A program made the position numbers and the translations under genes. DNA of 63,771 bases, filler included, from Folioceros fuciformis (Eukaryota), in the NCBI GenBank assembly GCA_049999805.1. It is 5 parts of 5 records of this genome, joined end to end, with 100 filler letters (N's around TTAATTAATTAA, not from the genome) between each part and the next. Parts side by side here need not be neighbours in the genome. Positions count along the whole stretch, not along the records: positions 1 to 18,829 come from JBNGIO010006258.1; 4 more parts are not named here. One strand, given 5' to 3'. Each line of letters starts with the position of its first letter. The stretch's first letter is position 1. The notes beneath the pieces were generated by a model that worked only from the letters and a program-made list of their open reading frames with translations, did no database searches and was not told the origin of the DNA. Shown here piece after piece: positions 1 through 10,321 of the stretch.

Positions 1-399
1 TGTGTGTTGTGGGGTGAGACCATGTGTAGGTTTGCCTTGCCCTCATGGGCTGTGAAATAAAGGGGGCCATTTCATTCCCCACTGTTGTTTGTTTGTCCCC
101 TTGTCCTCCTCACATCGCATAGCGAGGAAGGCAAGAAGGGACGTCCCCTTGAGTAGGTTCTGGATTAGAGTGGCGAAAACTCAGACGGTTAGGGGTGTGC
201 ATGGAGGCAAGAGATGTGTGCATAACAGACACCACGGTGAACGTTGAGGTCCATTGTAAACCTAAACCCGAGAATGGATGCTGACCCCATAAGCCCTAAC
301 CTTAACTAAAAAAAAGTGAATGACTATGAATGGAGAGAGATGGATCCAAACGTGAGGGATAAAATATTATCACAAAGTAGATCGAGACACCTACTTTGT

Positions 400-905
400 G
401 CCCTACGACTTAAGCAGGCATATCTATTACATCCAAAATGTTTGGACCCTACTCAGTCGTAGGCATATCTATCACATCCAAAATGTTTGGACCCTACGAC
501 TGAAGCAGGCATATCTATTACATTCAAAAAGTTTGGACCCTACATTTAAAAAGTTTGGACCCTACGACTGAAGTGGACATATCTATTACATTCAAAATGT
601 TTGAAGCAGGCATATCTATTACATTCAAAATGTTTGAAGCAAGAATATCTATTACATTCAAAATGTTTGAAGCAGGCATATCTATTACATTCAAAATGTT
701 TGAAGCAAGCATATCTATTACATTCAAAATGTTTGAAGCAGGCATATCTATTACATTCAAAATGTTTGAAGCAAGNNNNNNNNNNNNNNNNNNNNNNNNN
801 NNNNNNNNNNNNNNNNNNNNNNNNNNNNNNNNNNNNNNNNNNNNNNNNNNNNNNNNNNNNNNNNNNNNNNNNNNNTATCTATTACATGCAAAATGTTTGG
901 ACCGT
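400..905. repeat. Minisatellite with a 33-bp unit (GAAGCAGGCATATCTATTACATTCAAAATGTTT) and longer ~45-bp variant units at the left, interrupted by a 100-N gap
   Basis: Tandem copies are directly visible; overlapping ORFs show an 11-aa period (EAGISITFKMF). Confidence 0.95.
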
Positions 906-1461
906 ATACCGCCGCGCTAAAGTTTGTGTGAAAGCTAGCCTGACCGTATCGATATTCCATACCAAATCTGCTGCTACGGTCTTAAATAATCATGTTGTTG
1001 TTGAAGTCTTTTAAAATATTATTTTTATTAATAAAATAAAAATAAAAATCCAATCTATTCCAAAGATTTGAAAAACCACATAAATAGGACCAAATATCCT
1101 CTTCAATCCTTCTCCTAGCCCCTTCAAATATCATTCTCAAAAACTAGTCCCAAAATATGAAAAGCCTACTTAGGTGCCGCAAGACGCCGCTTGGAGTCTT
1201 TCTACGTTTATAATTATATTGGTAAGCATCCAAATAACGCATGAACCACCCTTAATCAAAACCGATGTCTGTTAGAGAAACTCTTAGGACGCTGTTAGCA
1301 GGACGACGGAAACCTGTTGTGTGGACAAAGCTCGGCGTCAGCAAAGGAGGGAAGGAAGCCTGTGCAGAAGGGAGAATGCACAGTGAAGAAACTCTCCCCA
1401 GGCCAACAGGTCCAATCTGGTGCAGTTTCCATGGCCTTGAGCCTACAGGTGGATTCATAGC

Positions 1462-4400
1462 ATGACAGAGAGTGCTCTTCTTCCCGTTTGGCTGACTTGG
1501 AGGAATGGATTGCTGGCAAACACGGATGCTGCGAGCTGCAAGACATCTGCACGGAAATCAGCCCGCCAGAGTGGGGCTGAACCGTGTGGGCATGAATCCT
1601 GCAACAGATCCTGGAGCCTGCGTGGAAGTGGGGTAACGGGTAAAACCGTGAGCAAGTTGTGCGATCAGGGGCAGCTGAGTCAGGCTGTTGAGGCTCTGGG
1701 AGTTCTGATTCAGTCTGGCTGTTGGGTCTCGGAGTCTCTCTTTTGCGCTGTGGTGAAGAAATGCATTGTGAAGAAGGATATTGTGGTGGGTCGCCGGGTC
1801 CATGCCTTCACGGTGAAGAGTGGGTGTCAGTCGGATACGTTTCTGGGCAACCATATTATGCGAATGTACGCTTCTCAGGGCCGGTTGGAAGATGCAATGG
1901 ATGTGTTTGCTGGGGTGGCCGAGCCAGATGCCTTCACGTGGTCTGCCGTCATTTCTGCTCATGTGAAACATGGGCGAGACAAGCGGGCCGTGGAGCTCTA
2001 TCATCGGATGCGGAGGTCGAGTGTGAAGGCAGATGCCCATGTGCTGGTTGCAGCCCTTCAGGCTTGTGCGAGGGGATCAGACCTGGAAGCTGGGCAGACG
2101 GTTCATGCTGACGCGTTGGCCATTGGGTTGGAGCGGGATTTGTTTGTCTGCAACTCCTTGGTGAACATGTATGCGAAGTGTGGCTGCTTGGAGGATGCTC
2201 GGAGAGTGTTTGACGGGCTTGGGCATAAGGATGTGGTGACATGGACTGCTCTGATTGCAGGATATTCGCAGCAGGGCATGGGGCAGGAAGGGCTTCGTCT
2301 TTACTGTGCTATGCAAGAAGAAGGCACGGCTGTACCCAATTCGGTTACGTTTGTGTCTCTGCTGCAGGCGTGCGCCAGTGTGGGACCCTTCGCTTTGGAG
2401 AAGGGGAAAGAGCTTCATGCCCGAATTCGAGAACGAGGATATCAAGCTGATTTGTATGTGGCCAACAGTTTGGTGAACATGTATGCAAAGTGTGGCAGCT
2501 TGGAACATGCTCGAATGGCGTTTGATGGACTTAGTCACAAAGATGTGGTGGCCTGGAACGCCATGATAGCAGGCTATTCCCAACAGGGATTGGGACAGGA
2601 AGCCCTTAGTCTGTACGTTGTTATGCAAGAACAAGGAATTGCTGTTCCGAGTTCCGTCACCTTTGTGTGTCTGCTGCAGGCCTGCGCAAGTGTGGGCACC
2701 CTGGCGTTGGAGACGGGGACGAAGCTTCATGTTCAAATTAGAGAACAAGGGTATCATGATGATGTGTTTGTAGCCAACAGTCTGGTGAACATGTATGCGA
2801 AATGTGGCAGCTTGGAAGGTGCCCAAAAAGTGTTTGATGAACTTGGCCACAAGAATGTGGTGACTTGGAATGCCATGATTGCAGGATATTCTCATCAGGC
2901 TATGGGCCATGAAGCTTTTAGGCTTTACAGTGCTATGAAAGAAGAAGGGATGACTGTACCCAACTCCATGACGTATCTGGTTCTCCTGCAGACATGTGCA
3001 AGTGTAGGCATCTCGGCTTTGGAGAAGGGGAGGCAGCTTCATGCCGAAGTTAGAGAACAAGGACATCAGGATGATATGTTTGTAGCCAACAGTTTGGTTA
3101 ACATGTATGCCAAGTGTGGCAGCTTGGAAGATGCTCAGAGAGTGTTTGATGGACTTGGGCAAAAAGATGTGGTGTCGTGGACTGCTTTAATAGCCGGGTA
3201 TTCCCAACAGGGTATGGGCCAGGAAGCTCTGTGTCTCTACAGTGCTATGGAAGAAGAGGGCATTGCTGTCCCCAACTCTGTCACATACGTGTGCCTTTTG
3301 CAGGCTTGTGCAAGTGTGGGGACACCGGCTTTGGAGAAAGGGAAGCAGCTTCATGCGCAAATCAGACAAGAAGGATATCAAGCTGATGTCTTTGTAGGCA
3401 ACAGTTTGGTGAACATGTATGCAAAGTGTGGTAGCTTGGAAGGTGCTCAGACAGTGTTTGATGGACTTGGTCAGAAAGATGTAGTGACATGGAATGCCAT
3501 GATAGCCGGCTGTGCCCAGCACGGCATGGGGCAGGCAGCTCTTCGGCTCTATGGTACTATGCTGGAAGAAGGAAACATCGCGCCCAATTCTGTGACGTTT
3601 ATCTGTCTCTTGCAGGCATGTGCAACTTTGGGGGTACCCGCTTTGGAGAAAGGGAAGCAGCTTCATGCACAAATCAGGGAACGGGGACATCAAACTGATG
3701 TGTTTGTAGCCAACAGTTTGCTGAACATGTATGCAAAGTGTGGCAGCATGGAAGATGCCCAGAAAATATTCGATGGACTCAGTGAAAAGGATGTGGTGAC
3801 ATGGAATGCCATGATTGGAGGGTATTCACAGCAGGGCAAAGGACAGGAAGCCCTTCGTCTGTTCAGCATAATGCATGCAGCAGGCGCCTGCACACCCGAT
3901 CCGGTGACCTTTGTGTGTCTTCTCCAGGCATGTGCAAGTGTTGGTCCTCAGGCGTTGGAGAAGGGAAAAGGCCTTCATGAGCAAATCAGAGAACTAGGAT
4001 ACCAAGCTGATATGATTGTAGCCAACAGTCTGGTAAACATGTACGCAAAGTGTGGCAGCTTGGAAGATGCTAGCAGAGTGTTTGAGGGACTCGATGAGAA
4101 GGATCTGGTGACATGGACTGCTGTAATTGCAGGATACTCCCAGCAGGGCATGGGCCAGGAAGCCCTCCGTCTCTACAGCGTGATGAAAGAAGAAGGCATG
4201 GCGGTACCAGATGCGGTGACATTTGGGTGCCTCCTGCAGGCATGTGCAAATGTGGCAGCGCTGCATCTCGGAAGGGAGCTGCATGCGCAGATTGAAGAAG
4301 AAGGGCTTGAAAATGATCTGATTATAGCTGGAAGTTTGATAAACATGTACGGGAAGTCAGGGGCCATGAAAGATGCACAGCAGGTGTTTGATGCATTGCC

Positions 4401-5157
4401 CCAAAGAGACGCGGGCACGTGGAATGCTCTCATTGCAGGCTACAGTTGTCAAGGAGACAGTAAACTGGTTTTTGACTTGGTGCAGAGAATGCTGGAGGAT
4501 GGGATACAACCAGAGAGCATCACTTTCCTTAGTGTACTAACAGTATGCAGCCATGCAGGCCTAGTGATCAAGGGGAGAGAGTACTTTGAGGCCATGAGTA
4601 GGCAGTACGGCATCACTCCCAATGTGGAGCATTACACATGCATGGTGGACCTCCTGGGGCGGGCAGGCCTCCTGGATGAGGCACTATACCTGCTACGGAC
4701 AATGCCTGTATCGCCCAACGCTTCGGTTTGGTGCACTCTGTTATGTGCTTGTCGAAATTGGGGCAACGTGGATATTGGTCGCTATGCTTTCGACCAGGCA
4801 GTGAAGCTAGACAACGAAATTGCTGTAGCGTATGTGTTGATGTCGAATATATACACCGGTGCTCAGATGTGGGAGCAAGCACATATGATGCAGGAGAGAA
4901 GGATAAGCATGAGGGCATGGAAGCAGCCGGGGCAGAGCTGGTGGACAGACGAGGACGGATTCGTCCATAGTTTCTTGGTTGGGGATGAGAAGCATCCCAA
5001 GAGGGTAGCAAATTGGAGCAAGGAGGCCTCTAAAATGAGGGAACAAGAATGTCTTCCACATCTCCACTCGTTAGGGCCAAACGGCCCAAATGCTTCAAGA
5101 GCAGATGCTGTGTTTGCAATTCCCATTAAAGATTGTGCAGCATCTGCGTCGTGTTGA
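1462..5157 (+). CDS. PLS-class PPR protein (about 29 PPR motifs + E1 + E2 + WW-type PG box, DYW deaminase truncated); organellar RNA-editing specificity factor
   Basis: Intronless 1231-aa ORF. Repeated S (xxVANSLVNMYAKCGSLE), P (VVTWNAMIAGYSQQG) and L (VTFVCLLQACASVG) motifs with a 312-nt period. Then P2-L2-S2 (VEHYTCMVDLLGRAG), E1 (VWCTLLCAC), E2 (AYVLMSNIY) and KQPGQSWWTD...VHSFLVGD..HP. No HxE or CxxC follows. Confidence 0.95.
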   Translation: MTESALLPVWLTWRNGLLANTDAASCKTSARKSARQSGAEPCGHESCNRSWSLRGSGVTGKTVSKLCDQGQLSQAVEALGVLIQSGCWVSESLFCAVVKKCIVKKDIVVGRRVHAFTVKSGCQSDTFLGNHIMRMYASQGRLEDAMDVFAGVAEPDAFTWSAVISAHVKHGRDKRAVELYHRMRRSSVKADAHVLVAALQACARGSDLEAGQTVHADALAIGLERDLFVCNSLVNMYAKCGCLEDARRVFDGLGHKDVVTWTALIAGYSQQGMGQEGLRLYCAMQEEGTAVPNSVTFVSLLQACASVGPFALEKGKELHARIRERGYQADLYVANSLVNMYAKCGSLEHARMAFDGLSHKDVVAWNAMIAGYSQQGLGQEALSLYVVMQEQGIAVPSSVTFVCLLQACASVGTLALETGTKLHVQIREQGYHDDVFVANSLVNMYAKCGSLEGAQKVFDELGHKNVVTWNAMIAGYSHQAMGHEAFRLYSAMKEEGMTVPNSMTYLVLLQTCASVGISALEKGRQLHAEVREQGHQDDMFVANSLVNMYAKCGSLEDAQRVFDGLGQKDVVSWTALIAGYSQQGMGQEALCLYSAMEEEGIAVPNSVTYVCLLQACASVGTPALEKGKQLHAQIRQEGYQADVFVGNSLVNMYAKCGSLEGAQTVFDGLGQKDVVTWNAMIAGCAQHGMGQAALRLYGTMLEEGNIAPNSVTFICLLQACATLGVPALEKGKQLHAQIRERGHQTDVFVANSLLNMYAKCGSMEDAQKIFDGLSEKDVVTWNAMIGGYSQQGKGQEALRLFSIMHAAGACTPDPVTFVCLLQACASVGPQALEKGKGLHEQIRELGYQADMIVANSLVNMYAKCGSLEDASRVFEGLDEKDLVTWTAVIAGYSQQGMGQEALRLYSVMKEEGMAVPDAVTFGCLLQACANVAALHLGRELHAQIEEEGLENDLIIAGSLINMYGKSGAMKDAQQVFDALPQRDAGTWNALIAGYSCQGDSKLVFDLVQRMLEDGIQPESITFLSVLTVCSHAGLVIKGREYFEAMSRQYGITPNVEHYTCMVDLLGRAGLLDEALYLLRTMPVSPNASVWCTLLCACRNWGNVDIGRYAFDQAVKLDNEIAVAYVLMSNIYTGAQMWEQAHMMQERRISMRAWKQPGQSWWTDEDGFVHSFLVGDEKHPKRVANWSKEASKMREQECLPHLHSLGPNGPNASRADAVFAIPIKDCAASASC

Positions 5158-5214
5158 ATCTCATGTTCTCATCATGGTGTGAACTGTTGTTGAGTGATGA
5201 GTCGGGCACACGCA

Positions 5215-5830
5215 AAGCACGCTCGAACAAGATCCACAAAGAAAGCGGTGGACCCGTTGTGCTTCGAGCACCGAAAGTCTGAATCCTCTCCAATGTCGTA
5301 ACCTCTCGTCTGTAGGGGCTACTGTGACAGAAAATGCAGCCGCAACTGTCAAAGATGTTCCAACTGGTGTGTTTGGTAGACCATTTGCTTGTGTCAGTTT
5401 CTCGGCCTGCACACACAAGGCATCCTCCTTCTCCAGCTCACACTGCCTTAATACCAAAGAGTCTATGGCAAGTCCACCTTCCTCCTCCATCCTGTTGGAC
5501 GAGATGTCAGACTATCTATCCTCCGTGCTGTGAACTCGTGCGCCTAGTTCTTGACTTGAATGCAAGATTTCGCCGTCCTTTTTTTTGTACCTGCTGACTT
5601 CCAACCCTATCGACATCATCCCACCTGTCGCATTGGCACTGATGTCCCCTAACAGTGCTATACGATCTTCCATTTGCGGTGCCGATTGTACGAGATGCTC
5701 GAAGGATCGCTGTCCAAGCGCTATCTATCTACATCGGTATGGGCTTCGCAAGCACTCAGCAAGAGACACCAAGCCCCTGATCTGGCCTGCCTGAAGAAGG
5801 CAAACGAGGATGACTCCACAGATTGCAGTG
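5215..5830 (-). pseudogene. Degenerate PPR E1-E2-DYW gene of the KP (KPAxA, U-to-C associated) type
   Basis: Manual minus-strand translation across frameshifts gives, in order: VCLLQA (L-motif remnant); WCLLLSACEAH / LGQRSFEHLV (E1); RWDDVDR (E2); KRTAKSCIQVKN*AHEF (KPAxA box); MEEEG...EKEDALCVQAEKL..ANGLPNTPVGTSLTV; CIFCHSS; VHRFLCGSCS. Confidence 0.8.
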
Positions 5831-6888
5831 ATACCTCATCCTGCCTATAAAGCGATGGGTGGTTGCACCTGATGGGTCCATCAGAAAGCTTGTAGAGCTA
5901 TGTGTGAGTGGATCAGGCGAGACTTCGGGCAGTCAACCTGTCCATAGCTCTGCTCCTCCATAACTCTAGTCCTAACTGTGTATACAAATGGCTTAGCCAA
6001 ACACACACGCATCCGTAAGAAAATGGGATGCCGTTCAGCATCCTACTAAGATGGGGGCGAAGAGGGGGTGGATGCCCTTAGTGATGGTAGTTCAGGCACA
6101 CCTGCTGAGATGAGAGCAGATGAGGTGCTAGAGCCAGAGGTGAGGAGTGAAAAGCATTGGTCCCAGGAGCAGAGGCAGAGCATGGTACTAAATTATGAAG
6201 AACCAATGAAAGTTTCCTATCCAAGTGGATTGTAGTAGATCTCTCCTCCTCCTCGAGAGCCCATCATCTTGTGTGAGCGTGTGATGACAAAACGTCCCAG
6301 ATGAGAAATCCATCTTATCTTGCTGGAAGGCTCGGGTACTTAGAAGTGCCTATGTTGAGCTGTTACCACGATTAAACAGCGTCTTTTGATGGATTGATTT
6401 GGGAGTGGGTATCCGAACTCCTGACCCCACCGAGCAGTTTGAAATCGAACTCGGGTTAGACAAGTGATGGGCCTGTCACAGAGTCTATCCTCTCACCACC
6501 TCGTCTCCCCCTCACCTCGAAGCACCTTGCGGACAATGAATGGCCCTCGCGCATCGTCCCCTTTTTAGGATAGCCGGGCCAGTCTGCTGGTCAAGGTGGA
6601 TTTTGTTGGGCGTTTCTGTGGAAGCCAGATTGTGCTGATGCTTACGGTGTGCCTCCTGGGTTGTTTGCTGTAACTCTGCTCTTTCCTTCCCTGGAATTCT
6701 TCTCTGATTTGCTATTTACATGCGACCTTTGCCCCTGCAACTAGATGTTTTCCTCAGTTGTGTGCACTTAGCTGTGTGAGTGAAATTTGAGAAAGCGGTC
6801 GTGTCCAGCTTCTGCGGCTCTACTCCCGTCCACACCAGCCTAGCGGGCTTCTTCTTGGAAGGATCAAGGACTATTGTCTAGGTTTTTG

Positions 6889-7497
6889 ATGGCAGAGAGC
6901 CATGGCTATCCCGGAAGTCCCGACAGCGGTCCTCATTCTGACAACGAATCCGGAGGTGGTCATTATGGTGGAGGCCACGATTCCTCCATCCGGGAGCAGG
7001 ACCGTTTTCTGCCCATTGCCAACGTGAGCAGAATTATGAAGAAGGCGTTGCCAGCTAACGCCAAAATATCCAAGGACGCCAAAGAGACCGTGCAGGAGTG
7101 CGTCTCCGAGTTCATCAGCTTCATCACAGGAGAGGCTTCCGACAAGTGCTTGAGGGAGAAGAGGAAAACCATCAACGGCGATGACCTATTGTGGGCTATG
7201 ACTACGCTGGGCTTCGAGGATTATGTGGAGCCCTTGAAGGTGTACTTGCACAAGTACAGGGAAATGGAGGGGGAAAAGGCATCCATGGCCAAGCAAGGGG
7301 ACCAGTCAGTAGTGAAGGACGGCAGCTCCGGGGCCGGAGGCATGGGTGTTGGAATGGCCGGGCTTAACGGAGGGATGCCCTCTGGCATGCACATGATGCA
7401 ACAGCAGTACCCCCAGCAGCAAGCTGGTTTGATGTATGGGCAAATGATGCCGTATCAGATGGGCATGTCAGGCCCAGGCCAACCGCGGGCTATGTGA
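6889..7497 (+). CDS. NF-YB: Nuclear factor Y subunit B (CCAAT-binding HAP3), non-LEC1 type, intronless
   Basis: Histone-fold core [81 protein letters not shown] has Lys (non-LEC1). First ATG is at 6889; C-terminus is G/M/Q-rich. Confidence 0.97.
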   Translation: MAESHGYPGSPDSGPHSDNESGGGHYGGGHDSSIREQDRFLPIANVSRIMKKALPANAKISKDAKETVQECVSEFISFITGEASDKCLREKRKTINGDDLLWAMTTLGFEDYVEPLKVYLHKYREMEGEKASMAKQGDQSVVKDGSSGAGGMGVGMAGLNGGMPSGMHMMQQQYPQQQAGLMYGQMMPYQMGMSGPGQPRAM

Positions 7498-8799
7498 TGT
7501 GTGCTTGCAGCTCCCTCAGTTGCAGCTCTACGTCTTGCCTTGGGAGTAATCCTGAGGTAGAGGCTTGTGAGGAGAAGGATTCAGGATTAGAGCAATGAGC
7601 AGAGCACGGATGGTAGGCCTCGTTCTCAATGTCGGTCGAGTGCCATCACAGACATAGTAGTCTCGAGGACTCGGTGATTTGTCTGCTGACTACCTACTTA
7701 CAGGAAGTGGATTGCATAGCTTAGATCTGAGCACCCCAACTTTGCTTGGTGTAGGGGAAAGAGAGCGGCGGTGGTGCTTCTGTATTTTCATGTGGCCTTA
7801 AGAATTGCTATAGTTTGTATGATGCGCCAATCTCCCCGGGTTGGTGTCTGCACTTTCCAGTTGGCGTAGACATAGCTGTCACGAACGCACAATAAAATGC
7901 ATAGAGTTCCATCAGCATTTCCTAGTGATGCCAGCTAACATCTAATGCACTTGTTCACCATACTTCCAACTTCACAGCTTAGTGTGGGATCAAGCTTGAG
8001 GTGGAGAGTGGAGGGTAGGAGAGGTCTGCACAGCAGATAAAACAAGGAAGGCGTGGTTCTAGAGCATGAACAAGGAAGAAGGAAGGCGTGGTTCCTGGCT
8101 GAGTAGCTCATTTCCAGCCTCCTGGGTTGCGTAGCATGGTCCTGGTCCTGAGTTCCCTCGTCTTTGCATGGTACGCATGCTTGTAATTGAATGACAATAG
8201 TTTGTTTGTACAATGCCAAGTTGAAATGTAAAGCCTACCTGATTTTTTATAAACACTTCGAATTATTACTTATAAGAATAGGGCTTCTCCATCCTCGTGT
8301 TAATCATTTTTTTTAAATGTAGTCTTAACAAAAATTTATGAAACCCTGATCTTTTCATCTTCCAAGTCTTCTCCCTTTGCTCCTCCTAGATATGTAAGCT
8401 TCTAAGCACCGGACACCTTTGTTCAACCTAAAAGCTAAAGATGTGCTTCCTAAACGCTGAAGATGTGCTTCTTTATTGCAGCGATTCCACCTAGCTGAAG
8501 ATGTGCTTCCATATTGCAGCGTTTGCTTTGAGGTGGTACACCTCCACTTTCAGATGCACTATATACTATGGTATTTCTCAGGTCTTGTTTGGGGTTCCTC
8601 ATAGTACAACCTAGTTGCTCTCTTCACGCTTGTCGGCCTTTGTTCATGTGGCATGTTTCTCTTCAGCAAAAAGGTGTTACGCGCGTACATGAGGGTCCCT
8701 AACATTAGACTTTGTTGTGAAGGGATCGGTTTCATGATGCAAGTAGGATGCGCAAGATAAAGAGTAGGATGCTTTCATGTGTGAGACTCGTGGTGCAAT

Positions 8800-8999
8800 G
8801 GGGAGTAAGAGGCTGCTCTTCGTCAGGGTTAGGTGCTATGCTCAAAAGTCTTACCAAGGGGTGTTTGGGGAGTAAGGGCTGCTGTTTGTCAGGGTTAGGT
8901 GCTGTGCTCAAAAGTCTTACCAAGGGGTGTTTGGGGAGTAAAAGGCTACTGTTTGTTAGGGTTAGGTGCTATGCTCAAAAGTCTTACCAAGGGGTGTTT
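8800..8999. repeat. Tandem repeat, about 3 copies of a ~66-bp unit
   Basis: GGGTTAGGTGCT(A/G)TGCTCAAAAGTCTTACCAAGGGGTGTTT recurs three times at ~66-bp spacing. Confidence 0.9.
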
Positions 9000-9037
9000 C
9001 GTTTCTTTTGCAGAAGCAGGATTTGGCAAGAGACTTT

Positions 9038-9101
9038 GTCTTCAGGTGAGTAGCTTTCCAGTGAGTAGAGTCTTCAGGTGAGTAGCTTTCCAGTGAGTAG
9101 A
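9038..9101. repeat. 32-bp direct tandem duplication
   Basis: GTCTTCAGGTGAGTAGCTTTCCAGTGAGTAGA occurs twice in tandem. Confidence 0.85.
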
Positions 9102-10263
9102 GTGAGTAGTAGAGGAGTGACAGGAGACTAGCGGTCTTTGACACCTGGGGTTTCACATCCAACTTTGTTCTAGGTTTCCTTCACACAAGGCTTTAGTTGA
9201 TATAGCATGCAGATGCCTTGTTACAAAGTCATTGTGTTTTCTTGTATCATAGGTCTTACTATGACCTTTTATGAGGTCTCATTGTCTAAAAGCTCTCATT
9301 GTCTGAGTCACAAGTAGACTCTGTCAGAAATGGAAGTGGGAAAGTCATGCCCCGTAAAGCAAGGGGGATAAACCCTTAGATAGGGAATAAGGAAAGGGAC
9401 TAGTCCGGGCAAGGTCTTATTATTTAGATGAGTATTCTATATATTAGTGTAAGTATTCTATTGTATTAGGTAATAGTTATATGATGTTTAATAATAGGTA
9501 GAATGAAACTTAATATGTATGTATGTATGTATTAAATTAGGTCTAGCATTTTGCATGTAGATAATATTTTTGTACTTTTGGATCTTATACAATGTACATG
9601 GTTAGAACTAATTCATAGTTTATCCCTTAAGAGGATGATGGAGATCTCGTTTATTTTTTCAAATTACGAGTATCCTTTTCTACTAGAATTGATGGCATTT
9701 AACATTGAAGGCATTCATGATTATGGTTTTGTAAATTTGGTGGCAAGTTTTGGTTGTTTGATTTTTTAGGGTAAAAATGTTTATTTGATGTGAGTATGAT
9801 AGTAAGAATGATGAGTTTTAGTTGGTTGATTTTTTAAGGGTAAAAATATCTTTACTTGATTTGAATATAATGATAATAATATTTAATTCATAAAATGTGG
9901 TAATTTAACATATTTATTTTAAAATAATATATAAAAAAGTGATGTGAGTGGACAGGGGAAGAAAACAAGGACTGATTTGGCATTGGGCAAAGATGAAAGT
10001 TGTTTAGAATGGTAAGCAACTACTTTGCTTAAGGAAAAAAAAGGAGACAAATTAAGACAAGGCGGCATTCCAGAAGGGAGGGAGGGTAATAAGTATGGGA
10101 GGTTAAATAGGGAATAGAAATGCTGGACGGACTGAGAAAAGCAGAACATATCAGACTTTTGAAGTTCTTGACTTCATGCGCAATTTGGCGGAGTCCCGGT
10201 GCTGGCTGTTTAGGGTAGGCTTGGGACTGGTAAGCTGCTCGGGGGCTTAGCTGATTGTGGGAG

Positions 10264-10298
10264 GCAAGGCAAGGCAAGGCAAGGCAAGGGAAGGCAAG
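10264..10298. repeat. (GCAAG)n pentanucleotide microsatellite in the probable 5' UTR of the Alfin-like gene
   Basis: Directly visible just upstream of the ATG at 10322. Confidence 0.85.
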
Positions 10299-10321
10299 TC
10301 GATCAAGACTGGTTTGCAGCA

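Noticed and set aside
400-905. CRISPR-like or repeat-protein interpretation of the 33-bp array (ORFs 524-1014)
   Set aside because: Units are contiguous with no unique spacers, there are no cas genes, the context is eukaryotic, and the ORFs are by-products of a stop-poor unit length divisible by 3.
1558-4433. Long antisense and alternate-frame ORFs within the PPR gene (e.g. 2077-3162)
   Set aside because: Shadows of the repetitive PPR coding sequence with no independent motifs.
6874-6888. TTG start for NF-YB, and LEC1-type identity
   Set aside because: ATG at 6889 is the natural start, and the diagnostic residue is Lys (ISKD) rather than the LEC1 Asp.
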